Below, one piece after another: positions 1 through 10,316 of a stretch of DNA of 39,687 bases (its first letter is position 1; every line of letters starts with the position of its first letter). A model generated the notes under the pieces. The model was not told the origin of the DNA, did no database searches, and saw only the letters and a list, made by a program, of their open reading frames with translations. The stretch is from Aduncisulcus paluster (taxonomy: Eukaryota): positions 1 through 39,687 of the forward strand of contig BQXS01010025.1 of assembly GCA_024181965.1 (NCBI GenBank). Direction: 5' to 3'. The translations under genes were made by a program, and so were the position numbers.

Positions 1-2
1 CC

Positions 3-968
3 CTTTCCAACATGCCTCTATTCATTTATTCGTTGGGCAAAGATCCAGCACTCCATCCTGTTCGGAAGTACGAGGAAGGGGGCGTTATTCGAGTTGATGA
101 ACGTATCTTCCGTGTTCTTACCTTGCTCAGAGGATCCGTTTCTAGGGTTATTCGGACTGCATTTGATAGAGTATTTGAGGTTGGAATGCCTGTTGCCTCT
201 AGTACTGAGACTGAAATGGCATCTCCGAGTTGGGGCTGGTTTACCAGGCGACAGGTTCTCGAGATGAGAGGACAGTTCTCTGATGATCCTGATGCTTCTC
301 TGGATGAGGTTGTTTTCTATCCACCTGTTCTCCTCCGTCCTTGCTCTGCTCTGCTTCCCAAGCCTCTTAACCGTGGCCTGTATTTAATGTCCAACTGTGA
401 GGCCATTTTGCTATGTGTTGGGCAAGATTGTCCTCTCAATACGATTTCTGCAGTGTTTGGATCAAGAAGTGTTGACGGTGTTGTTGGTGGAATGGAGTTT
501 GATTTGTCCTCGAGTCCTATCAGTTCTCTTGACCCTCACTCAGACACGTCTAGAGTCGTGTCGAGATCATTCTTCTCCTCATCGTCTTCTGAATATACCG
601 AAGGATCTTTGTTCTCACAAATTTATGACGCTGTTGAATATGTTGTCCGAGAAGAGGCCGTATTGAGACAGAGGATGGAAGGGCATGGCGTCAATGAAGA
701 TGCAGTTAGACGTGGGGTAAGTTCTTCTTTGATTCGTAACAGGGTGGAGAAAGCCTGGAGATATCGTGATTCCCTCGTATTCTTCATCAAACATCTTCAG
801 CGAGATGAACAATCTTTGTTGCCCTGTATGGTTGTCGTAGAAGGCAGCCAAGAGTGGTATTCGGTTCAATGGAGAATGAGAGAGGATAAAACTAATTTGG
901 ATAGGGATTACAGTGGTTTTTTGGATGTCGTGTTGAGAAGTGTCAATGCTAGATTGGGTGCAGTGTAA
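3..968 (+). CDS. SEC24: COPII coat subunit Sec24, C-terminal part (helical + gelsolin-like domains); 5' end lies outside the window
   Basis: The frame is open from the window edge (LSNMPLF...). Motifs match the Sec24 C-terminus: MPLFIYSLGKDPAL (LPLYxxxLLK), RVDERIF, FYPPVL, RGLYLMSNCEAILLCVG...AVFG and terminal MREDKT...DYSGFLDVVLRSV (LVEDR...SYxxFL). Recognised by motif recall only. Confidence 0.8.
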   Translation, partial: LSNMPLFIYSLGKDPALHPVRKYEEGGVIRVDERIFRVLTLLRGSVSRVIRTAFDRVFEVGMPVASSTETEMASPSWGWFTRRQVLEMRGQFSDDPDASLDEVVFYPPVLLRPCSALLPKPLNRGLYLMSNCEAILLCVGQDCPLNTISAVFGSRSVDGVVGGMEFDLSSSPISSLDPHSDTSRVVSRSFFSSSSSEYTEGSLFSQIYDAVEYVVREEAVLRQRMEGHGVNEDAVRRGVSSSLIRNRVEKAWRYRDSLVFFIKHLQRDEQSLLPCMVVVEGSQEWYSVQWRMREDKTNLDRDYSGFLDVVLRSVNARLGAV

Positions 969-1892
969 TCATTATTTAAACATTTTTATTGTTACTCATC
1001 AAGTGCTCTTTAGATAATAATTTCTTTTGACAATAAACCATTACTATACACCATGTTGTCGGTGAACTATGTAAAATCGGGAAATTAACAGAAACCTTGA
1101 GTCGTTGTAATTTTGGAACAAGAGCAGGGGGTTTTCTTGGAACTTCCAATATTGAAGCAGAGATTTGCCATCAAATAAAAGTATCGAGGCATGAAACAGT
1201 TCTTTCTTCCAATAATTTGAAATTAGTTCAACTGTGAAGTTTCAACTGCAACTTATCATATTTTGAAACTTTATAGTCGAATATGTAAACAGATGTGTGC
1301 GAGTTATGAAACGATAACAGGTCTTACCATAGAATAGAACACGGAAACACCAAAAACATCATAAAACCGAGACAATGGATAATCTCAAGGAGTCGTTGTA
1401 ATTCATGGATTACTACATGAACTTGGCATCATGAAGGGGAACTTTATAATTCGATGTGCTGGCAAATCTCGGGAAATAGGAAACGATTTTGTGTCGAGAA
1501 AATAAAGCTTTGTCAGGAGTGGACTCACAATGATGTCATGTCAATACATGATCTAAAGAAAATTGTTCATATAATTTTATTTATATATTACACGATATCA
1601 CTCTCTGAGATTGCCAATCGGGGGTTGTGTTCGCTCAGCAGATTTTCCTTCGTTGAAACTAATTATAGATTTGCTGTATGTCATATCTTTTATTAAATGC
1701 ACATTAAGACATATTTTAATCGGTGTCATTCAATTATACTCACTATATTGTGCCGTGGTCGTTTCTTGTTCGATGTGTCTTTGTTTATCGGACTGTTCTC
1801 CTTGAAAATCGCAATCTTTCTGTTTGTTCATAATTACTATTATTATTCTGCTTGTTTTTATTTTTTAGATAAGATATTCTATCTCTATTCAA

Positions 1893-2993
1893 ATGCGTTC
1901 ATCCACAGATGCTGTTATTCAAACTGTGGAACCTGAGTTTGTTTATGAAGGGGAGTATTATTGCTGGCCAATTCCTGGAGATTCCCCCAATATTAAGAGT
2001 GCAGAGTTTCCAACTATCGAAGCAATAGATGAAACCAAGGAAGTAGGTGATGAAGAGTACGATCAGAGTTCTAATGCACAAGCTATGATGAAAGGAGAGT
2101 ATGATGAGTGGATATATGTGTATTTTACCCATATCTCCATTCCTTTCTCCTCATCTTCCCCAATGAAAGGGGCTTATATCTGTCCAGCAAGCTATTCTTC
2201 AGACTCACCTCCATCACATCTCATCTTCACTCTCACATCTTCGAAGGGTGAGAAAATATCCAAGAAATACGAGTTTCCTGTATTTGAAGATTATCATTGG
2301 TTTTTCCTTCCTGTTAATCTTCCTGATGTTGTTTTGTGTGAGATTACAGGGAAAGGAAGAGACGAAGAGTATTTTGGAATCAAATCCCTTGTTTTCATTA
2401 GTAGAGAAGAAACCCCTGAAGAAATCGCATCTCGTGAAGCCAGAGAGAAACTTTGGTCTGAAGCTCAAGTTGTGAAATCAGAGTTTGTTAAGGAAGGTGG
2501 TAGAGATTCTATTCCTATTCCACGAGATGATCCAAAGCTTGTGGATCCTTCATTCTCAATGGTTAAGTGCAAGTCTAATCAGTATAGTAAGGAATCTGAG
2601 TATTATGATCAGAGTTCAAAAGCACAAAAAATGTTAAAAGGGGAAGATGGTGTTTGTTCATCCCATCTTTCCATCCCTTTCCCATCACCTAGTCCTATGA
2701 AAGGTGCTTATATCTGTGTGAGTAGGAATGCTAGTTCACCCTCTCTTCTCTTCACTTTCACTGATTGTGATGGCAAGAAGATATCCAAGAAGTATGAATT
2801 CACAAAACTTAAACATGGAATCGAATGGCAATTCCTTCCTATTGATTTGTATAATGTTGTATTGTGTGAGATTGAAGGGAAAGGAATGTGGGATGAGAAT
2901 AATTGTCGATTCTTCTGGATCTACTCCCTTGTTTTTACTAAAATTCCAGAGGAAATTATTGTTGAACGATTATCTCTTCTTCCGTGGAAATAA
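1893..2993 (+). CDS. Hypothetical protein (366 aa) built from two tandem ~170-aa beta-rich repeats; lineage-specific family
   Basis: Clean ATG-TAA ORF. An internal duplication is visible: YDQSSxAQxMxKGE...HxSIPFxSxSPMKGAYIC...KISKKYEF...WxFLPxxLxxVVLCEIxGKG...SLVF occurs twice. Confidence 0.85.
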   Translation: MRSSTDAVIQTVEPEFVYEGEYYCWPIPGDSPNIKSAEFPTIEAIDETKEVGDEEYDQSSNAQAMMKGEYDEWIYVYFTHISIPFSSSSPMKGAYICPASYSSDSPPSHLIFTLTSSKGEKISKKYEFPVFEDYHWFFLPVNLPDVVLCEITGKGRDEEYFGIKSLVFISREETPEEIASREAREKLWSEAQVVKSEFVKEGGRDSIPIPRDDPKLVDPSFSMVKCKSNQYSKESEYYDQSSKAQKMLKGEDGVCSSHLSIPFPSPSPMKGAYICVSRNASSPSLLFTFTDCDGKKISKKYEFTKLKHGIEWQFLPIDLYNVVLCEIEGKGMWDENNCRFFWIYSLVFTKIPEEIIVERLSLLPWK

Positions 2994-3081
2994 TCTCATT
3001 GTGATATTATCTCCCAATGTTCAATGTCTTCTTGCCTGTCTTATCAAAATATACTTTTTATTAATTAGTTTTTATCATCCA

Positions 3082-3613
3082 ATGGACTTCGGAGGAGTTC
3101 TTCTTGTTCTTGTGGCTTGCATTCATTCCTCTCTCACGTGTTCTGAAGAAGATGCTTCGTTTGATTGCATACAAAACTGTTGTGAAGGATTGTTGGAGTT
3201 TATAAAGTGCAACTCAAGTTGTCTACAAATCACAAATGTTTCAACCATATCTCTCGTCCTCTTTACCAGTCATTATTGGCTTCTTAACAAGTACTCATTC
3301 AATATTATGTTTTTAGAAAAGTAGAGAAAGTTTCTTTGATGAATTACGGAAACCAATTGGAAGGATCCTTTCCTCACTATGCACTACCCTTGATGACCTG
3401 TTACAACAAGCACATCAACTCCAGAAAAACGAAACTTATGCAGCCTATATGTGGAACGCTTTCAGAGAACATAAATGGTCTGAGATGGGCGACCTTTATA
3501 TTGTGCTGAGTTATCTATCATTTTATTTTTTCTATTTTCCATTGATTTTGACTCAATACATGCAATTTATCCCCCATTTTCTAGGATATTTCTTCGTTTT
3601 CTATGGGTTTTGA
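3082..3613 (+). CDS. Possible small spliced gene or gene relic (hypothetical)
   Basis: ATG at 3082 opens MDFGGVLLVLVACIHSS...CIQNCCEGLLEF. A GT...AG segment (3291-3324, or 3291-3316) could link it to a second protein-like frame (ESFFDELRKPIGRILSSLCTTLDDLLQQAHQLQKNETYAAYMWNAFREHKW) ending at TGA 3611-3613. Splicing is inferred. Confidence 0.35.
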
Positions 3614-3620
3614 AAAATGG

Positions 3621-4382
3621 AATTCTAAAAATAGAATTTCTAAAAATAGAAATGTAAAAAATATTTTTGTTCCTTTCGCGTCATACGTGTCATTTATATT
3701 GGATTTTCTTCCCAGAAGTTGTGATTTATGGTAGTTTTGAATATTCTGAAATTGTGTTGAATAGTTTGATTGTCTATTGTTTCGGCTCCAATTAAACATA
3801 TATTCTGGGCTGATTGAGAGATATTAGTTCTCACAAGGAAGTGTTTAGAACGTTATCTCCATCAATATGAAGTCCTTTAAAAGATAAATAAACCACGAAT
3901 TGTTGTTTGTTGATTTTCTTCTTCGAGTGGAAAGGGAATTGAGATTCCAAAATATTTATGGCTTCAATTCGATTTTCCCCCGCCATTTAACTTGAATAAC
4001 CTCATCAATGTTATATTAACAGATATAATGTCACGTGAAGATATCAGGGGGAAAAAAAATGGCATTTATCAGCTATTACATTGAGGGAAATATATTGAAA
4101 GAAATTTTGTGGTAATTTCGAACATTACAATTGAAAATTTGTATATATTTGTTAAAATTATAAAATATACAAATATTATGAATATCACTGTAATGGACAC
4201 AGGTCCATATTGCAGGGAAAAGGGCCGGTCAGGCACCTGCAGGGACGTTTACACAGGTAAACGATCCTCTGAATAATTCTTATAGTAAATTTTGCTTCGC
4301 TTTAGAATATTTTTATTTCATTTCGAAGTCCTGCAGCTATTTCATCACATATAATTCTAAAAATAGATTTTCTAAAAATAGA
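3621..4382. repeat. Pair of 30-bp direct repeats (3621-3650 and 4353-4382), each two copies of a 15-bp unit
   Basis: AATTCTAAAAATAGAATTTCTAAAAATAGA vs AATTCTAAAAATAGATTTTCTAAAAATAGA, 29/30 identical. Confidence 0.85.
4188..4336. other. GC-richer structured non-coding island with two hairpins sharing the loop ACAG; candidate ncRNA or cis-element
   Basis: ATGGAC-ACAG-GTCCAT (4193-4208) and CGTTTAC-ACAG-GTAAACG (4246-4263) are perfect stems. CTGCAGGGAC (4237-4246) is near-complementary to GTCCTGCAG (4328-4336). Confidence 0.45.
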
Positions 4383-4449
4383 TTTGAAAAATGTGAAAAT
4401 TATTATTCACCAGAAAAGTGATTTCACCGATTCATTTCATTCCCAAATT

Positions 4450-7400
4450 CTAATCACATTCAATAATCTCAATATCATCATCAACAACAACTTTCATCAC
4501 AGAAAATGTTTCGTCAACGTCAATCACATCAATTTTCTCTGTTCTCCATTCTTGTTTCAATGTTTTTGTCACCAGGGTAGCAACACCGTCAAACAAAGCT
4601 CTCCTAGCAAAATCAACTCGGACATTTAAAATAGATTCTTCCAAAACCACATTATTCGTGGCCATTTTAATACACAGATTATCGAACTCTCTGACAACAC
4701 AATGAAGAAATTGATTCGAAGATGCTGCCGACAACCACCATTCCTTGGCAAATTGCTGAAAGTCTAATGAAAATCCATATTTTACATGGAATATTGATGT
4801 AATAATATGTCCAATAAAATCTTCAATATCAGGAATATGAATCTCGGGAGAGAGATATGTGTATTTTTTCACTTCGGAGATATATTTCTTCTGCAAATAT
4901 TCGGCCACATCACTGATATCAACCATTTGATCCCCTTCTTCTCCTTCCTCTTCCTCTTCCTTTAATGACTTTGTTGGTTCCTTTTCTTTTCCCTTTGAAG
5001 AATCATCATCGTTCGCCTCTATCCCTTCGCCTTCTTCCTCTTCTTTTTCTTCACAACATTCCACATCATTCACATATTCTATATTCACAATTACATCCTC
5101 AATATCTTCAATGTTATCATTCCGTGAACCCTCTTTCTTCGACATGGCAGAAGATTTCTTTCTCTCTTCTTCTTTTGGCGATATTTGTGTATCTTCTGCC
5201 GTCCTAGTGGCTTCCATTTCATTGACAAGAACAAGTGCTGCATCATCAACCATCTTGTTCTCCAATTCCATGTTCTCAGGAGAGAAAGGATCATATCTCT
5301 TAATTATATCTGGGAGCTTAGAATCTAAATGGTACAGTGGACACTCATAAGGATATTGACAATAAGGAGAGTCAGGAGAATCATATCTCGATATCACATC
5401 AGAGCAAGGCAATTTGTGATGGGGAATGCAATTGAGAAGAGCAGCAAAATCTATTGCTTTCATATCGGTGATTGAAAGTTCATCAAGTTGTTCAATATTA
5501 GGTTGTTTAGGACTTGGTTCCACAGAAGTAGAACTGCCTGAATACTTCCTTTTTTGTCTCTTCTTTCCCTTTTCAACTCTTTCTCTCTTCTTCACCACAT
5601 GATTCTTCCAATCGTCACCAACTTCCCCTCCACACAGTAAAAGTCGCTCGAAGAGACCAACATAGAGTCCACAATCAATTCCGTTCATTTGAGATGCTGC
5701 AGACATGGATATAGTGGGAAATATCAGTGGATTAACACAATCGGCAAAGACATGATGCTTTGTTAAACAATGTATGAATATAGGCGCCATCTTCTTCCGA
5801 TCTTTTTCAGAAAATAACAAAGGGATTGGTTCAGTTGTCAAACTTGAAGAGACTGACGGTATGAATTCAACGCTAAACCCATCATTCTTGCAACCTTCTT
5901 GGGACTCGCCATTACTTGTGGCCGTCTCATATTCCTGGGATTCTTGGCTATGGTCAGTCGTTTGTGTCCGTGAATACCTGGAGGAAGAGGAACGACGAGA
6001 AGAAGAAGATAATGACCGGGACAACGTTCTTCTTTTGCCAATATATACAGGTTCTACATCCTTATCGGTTGATTCATCCTGAGATTTCTCCTCCTCCTCC
6101 TCCTCTTCTTCTTCTTCTTCTTTCTTTTGTTGTCTTCGCAATTCACGTGCTTTTATACTTTGTTTTCGCCAATTCTCTTCCTCGACGAGTTGCCATACCC
6201 TTTCTTGCCCCAGTACCGTGGATACCATATCATTAAGCCAAGTTCTAATGTGAAATGCCCCCTTTTTAAGCCCCTGTTCGGCACTATCGAAGAACAGAAT
6301 CGAAGGACAGAGAGCACGAGAGAGGGAAGAATTCAAGAAGTAACGCACACGGCTCGAAAGAGGGGTGTCCTCAGAAACCATATCCCCAGTCCACTCGAAA
6401 GTATCTGATGAAATAGCACTATCTTTCGGCTCAGAAGCACCCTCGACTGAAGGGGTTTCAAGGGACTGAACAGTCCGATTCCTCTTAAGTTTCCGGAGCT
6501 TCCACTGCTCTCTCCATTCATCGAGACCCTTTTTCCCAATCCAATGCTCAACAATTTCTCCAGGTTTTACACAAACAATCAACGTCCAATGAACATCACG
6601 GTTCACAGGGATGAATAAATATAGAGCCGAGAAAATGTCTTTGTTAATCCAAGGGAGAAGAGTATCAAATTTTGCTGCCCTTGAAGATAAAAGAGAGAAA
6701 AATTGTGGGAGAAAGAATATTATCTTGTCACGAATATCTTTAAGAGTGAGAAATGAGGAAATAGTTGAAGATTGAACTAACGTATCAGAACAGCTTTGAT
6801 CCNNNNNNNNNNNNNNNNNNNNCACTGCTCTCTCCATTCATCGAGACCCTTTTTCCCAATCCAATGCTCAACAATTTCTCCAGGTTTTACACAAACAATC
6901 AACGTCCAATGAACATCACGGTTCACAGGGATGAATAAATATAGAGCCGAGAAAATGTCTTTGTTAATCCAAGGGAGAAGAGTATCAAATTTTGCTGCCC
7001 TTGAAGATAAAAGAGAGAAAAATTGTGGGAGAAAGAATATTATCTTGTCACGAATATCTTTAAGCGTGAGAAATGAGGAAATAGTTGAAGATTGAACTAA
7101 CGTATCAGAACAGCTTTGATCCTTCACCACTCCATGAAAACTCAACTGTTTTTGTTGTTCCCTAACTTCAGCTGTGTTCGAATGAGTGTCTCCATAAACT
7201 CCACAAGTTCCCCGATCCACATTCTGATCGTTTTCATCTTCAGTGAGCAAGATCCTTGGGTATAATTCAATGATAATATCACTCACCATGTGGAATGGGT
7301 CCAACACATCACACAATAGAGGGAATGGAAGAGATAGAGCATGAGTATGCGTAAGAGTGGACAAGTGGAAAAGAATAGACTCTGAAGATCGGTACAAAGG

Positions 7401-9919
7401 AGGAAGGGAGTTCAATTCACGCATTAACAAAGAAATATCCTGGACATCTTTCGTATCTATCTCTTTACCCTCCTCTTCCTTCTCTTCCTTCTCTTTCTCA
7501 GTTTCTTTCTCAGTTTCTTTGGATTCTATTGGAATAACAACCATAGAAGACAACTCATCCATCTTGTTCGTTGGGTGTCCATAACCTTCACCAATTTGGG
7601 TTGAATGTAGGCTATCTGATTGGATTGCATGCTCTTGCGAGTTAATTACGACACCCTCTTCCTCCTCTTCTTCTTCCTCCTCTTCAGTCCCCTGATGTGC
7701 TAATAATATAGAAGGAACAATTGTATCTCTCTCAGATTTTGTATTAATATCTATGGATGGGTCAGGAATAGTTGGATCAGAAGGAAGAACTTCAATGGAA
7801 CCAGAAATGGCTTCGCAGGTCATGGGTTGTCTCGACTGAGAGTTTTGCTTCTCTTTATCTTTCAAATCACGATACTTGGCCTCAAGAACGCGACGTCTCT
7901 CTATTTCCTTCTCTATTTCACAACTAATTTCAGTTTTCCTACGAGATTTTTCCTCCAATATACGATCAAACAAACTATCAAATGAATGTATATGTGACAC
8001 AAATGCATCGCAAAATGATGAAATATTATCACAATTCTCCATCTTTTGAAGAGTAGTACTCGAAATATCATTTGGAATAGAATCAATAACGTCAGAGATA
8101 GAAGATGATCCAAAAATAGCCTCTGATTGAGAAAGAAATACAATCACATCTCGAATATATAATAAATCAAAAAAGTTTGGAGTATTATTAACTAATTCAA
8201 CACATTTTGGAGGTTCTTGTTCTTTTGTTTGAAGAGATTGTCGTTCTGGACTTTGTTTCTCATCCTTTCTATTATTAGAACAATCGTCTGTAAGAGTGGA
8301 CTGGGTTTCCAATTGCTTCAAACTTTCTTCTAAGGTATTTGATTCATTATTGCTCCTCTCAGCCGTATCTTCATCAAGTTGTTGTTGTATTTTGAAATCA
8401 TTGACTTCCATGTCACTTCCAGACGATGAAGTATCACTACTATCTTGCGATTCCACGCTTTCTCTCTTTTCCTCCTCTTCTTTCTTGGCCATTATCTCAT
8501 CTCTTTCAGTGTCACACTGGGTCTCCACAACACTGACATCCTCTTGTTCAACAGAAGTCACAGATTCCTTTTCCTTCTCAACCTCTTCCTCTTCCCCCTC
8601 TTCCTCTTCCCTCTCTTCCTCTTCTCCAATGTATCCATCCTCAACATAAGGATTCCTAAATTGGTATACTCTATCAAGAATCTGCTTTCCTCGATCTTTC
8701 CCTACTTTCCAACTCCATCCCTTTATGATCAACCCATTGTTTGTCCACGAGGACGAGAGTTCACAAACACCAAATAAACATCGGTACAAGGCAAGGGATA
8801 GAATATGGCCCAATCCTTGCTCAGACAGGGCAGGCGGGGGATCGATGGTATACAAATCATTGGGGAGGGGTTTGGATGGTCTTGAATCGAGATGAGCCTG
8901 TGGTTTGAGACCCTTCCTTTGGCGAAAATTGTATTGTTTTACATAAAGATTCGAAGAGACATCTTGAGGAACATATAATTCTTCCGAAGCCTCAACTGAA
9001 GCAGACGATTTTCCAGATTTTGAAGATTTTGAAGATTTAGACTTTGGCTTTGGCTTTGGTTTTGGTTTCGATTCTTCTGGCTTTGTCGACAAGGTTTTTG
9101 ATTTCTGACGGGAGGATTTCCGAGTCGTCAATGGTGGTTTTGAGGGCTTCGCCGATTCTATTTCCATTGGTTGCTCAACTTCCATACATTCAAGGTCTGG
9201 AATTTCAGGAATTGTTGATGGCAACGGTATTTCAGGAATTGTTGATGGTAACGGTANNNNNNNNNNNNNNNNNNNNGGCGAAAATTGTATTGTTTTACAT
9301 AAAGATTCGAAGAGACATCTTGAGGAACATATAATTCTTCCGAAGCCTCAACTGAAGCAGACGATTTTCCAGATTTTGAAGATTTTGAAGATTTAGACTT
9401 TGGCTTTGGCTTTGGTTTTGGTTTCGATTCTTCTGGCTTTGTCGACAAGGTTTTTGATTTCTGACGGGAGGATTTCCGAGTCGTCAATGGTGGTTTTGAG
9501 GGCTTCGCCGATTCTATTTCCATTGGTTGCTCAACTTCAATACATTCAAGGTCTGGAATTTCAGGAATTGTTGATGGCAACGGTATTTCAGGAATTGTTG
9601 ATGGTAACGGTATTTCTGGGATAACTGAAGAATAGGTCTGCGATACTGGAGGATATTGTTGTCTTGTAAAATCCATCTCATCGAAGAAATTCTCAGGATA
9701 TGGAAGCATTCGAGATTGGTGAATAGGTCTTTCGGGATGCATCCGAGGATGAGGATCGGGGAAACAGGGGTTAATACTAAAATAATGTGGCATATGCCGC
9801 AAAGTAACAGGAGTTATTGGAGGAATATGAAATGGGACTTCCTGAGGAACCATAGTAGATGACCCCATCATATCAATATCAGATACTCTCACCTTCCATT
9901 GGAAGTAATAATAATCCAT
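4450..9919 (-). CDS. Ulp1/SENP-family (peptidase C48) SUMO protease, Ulp2/SENP6/7-like; about 1597 aa after collapsing two gap-flanking duplications
   Basis: Catalytic motifs are WINKDIFSALYLFIPVNRDVHWTL (His, 6589-6591), ILFFDSA (Asp, 6286-6288) and QMNGIDCGLYV (Gln/Cys, 5671-5673). The three listed ORFs (9158-9919, 6777-9224, 4450-6837) join in frame once 320 and 356 bp are removed (4794 nt = 1598 codons). The exact start codon is uncertain. Confidence 0.88.
6503..7122. repeat. 300-bp duplication (6503-6802 = 6823-7122) around a 20-N gap; assembly overlap artefact
   Basis: Copies are identical except A6745/C7065 (synonymous). The N run is 6803-6822. Confidence 0.92.
8921..9612. repeat. 336-bp duplication (8921-9256 = 9277-9612) around a 20-N gap; assembly overlap artefact
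   Basis: Copies differ at C9183/A9539 (Met vs Ile). The N run is 9257-9276. The segment ends in a 27-bp coding tandem repeat (IPEIPLPST). Confidence 0.92.
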
Positions 9920-10316
9920 ATATATAAAGAATTAAAAAAAGATAATGAGGAATTATTTAATTGGAATACAGTAAATATTAGAGAAATAAACGAAAGAATG
10001 AACAAGAAAAGATGACCTCTTTGGAGAGCCACATACAAGGCAGTTATTTTTATCATAAAAGCATCGATCCGAACCATAATGTGATTCAAAATGATATCTA
10101 TCAGACATAAAGTAGTATGAGGATGATGAATACAGCCCAAACAAAAAGTTTGCCTTGGCCTGTTCTTGTGTAGAGATTATGATAATTTATCAATAATATA
10201 TTGATATACTATAATGAAAAAAACATTATATTTTTGTTTAAATTGGTCATTTGTGACCTTTTTGTGACCTTTTTGTGACAACCTTGATTTTGTGGCAAAC
10301 AAAATATCATTTGGAT

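Noticed and set aside
1099..1403. Exact 14-mer GAGTCGTTGTAATT at 1099-1112 and 1390-1403 in an ORF-poor spacer
   Set aside because: Only two copies about 290 bp apart, no array structure, and no recognisable coding relic in the frames I translated. It is not CRISPR-like.
2728..3081. 5' part of the listed 198-aa ORF overlapping the 366-aa gene
   Set aside because: An alternative-frame shadow running through AT-rich 3' sequence. Only the part from ATG 3082 looks protein-like.
9842..9892. GTGAGAGT...CCTCAG on the minus strand near the Ulp start, resembling a 51-nt intron
   Set aside because: It is in frame and stop-free, so nothing in the sequence requires splicing. It cannot be supported without RNA data.
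10251..10280. Short tandem TTTGTGACCTT repeat upstream of the SDR gene
   Set aside because: About 2.5 copies of an 11-mer, consistent with simple slippage and not seen at other promoters.
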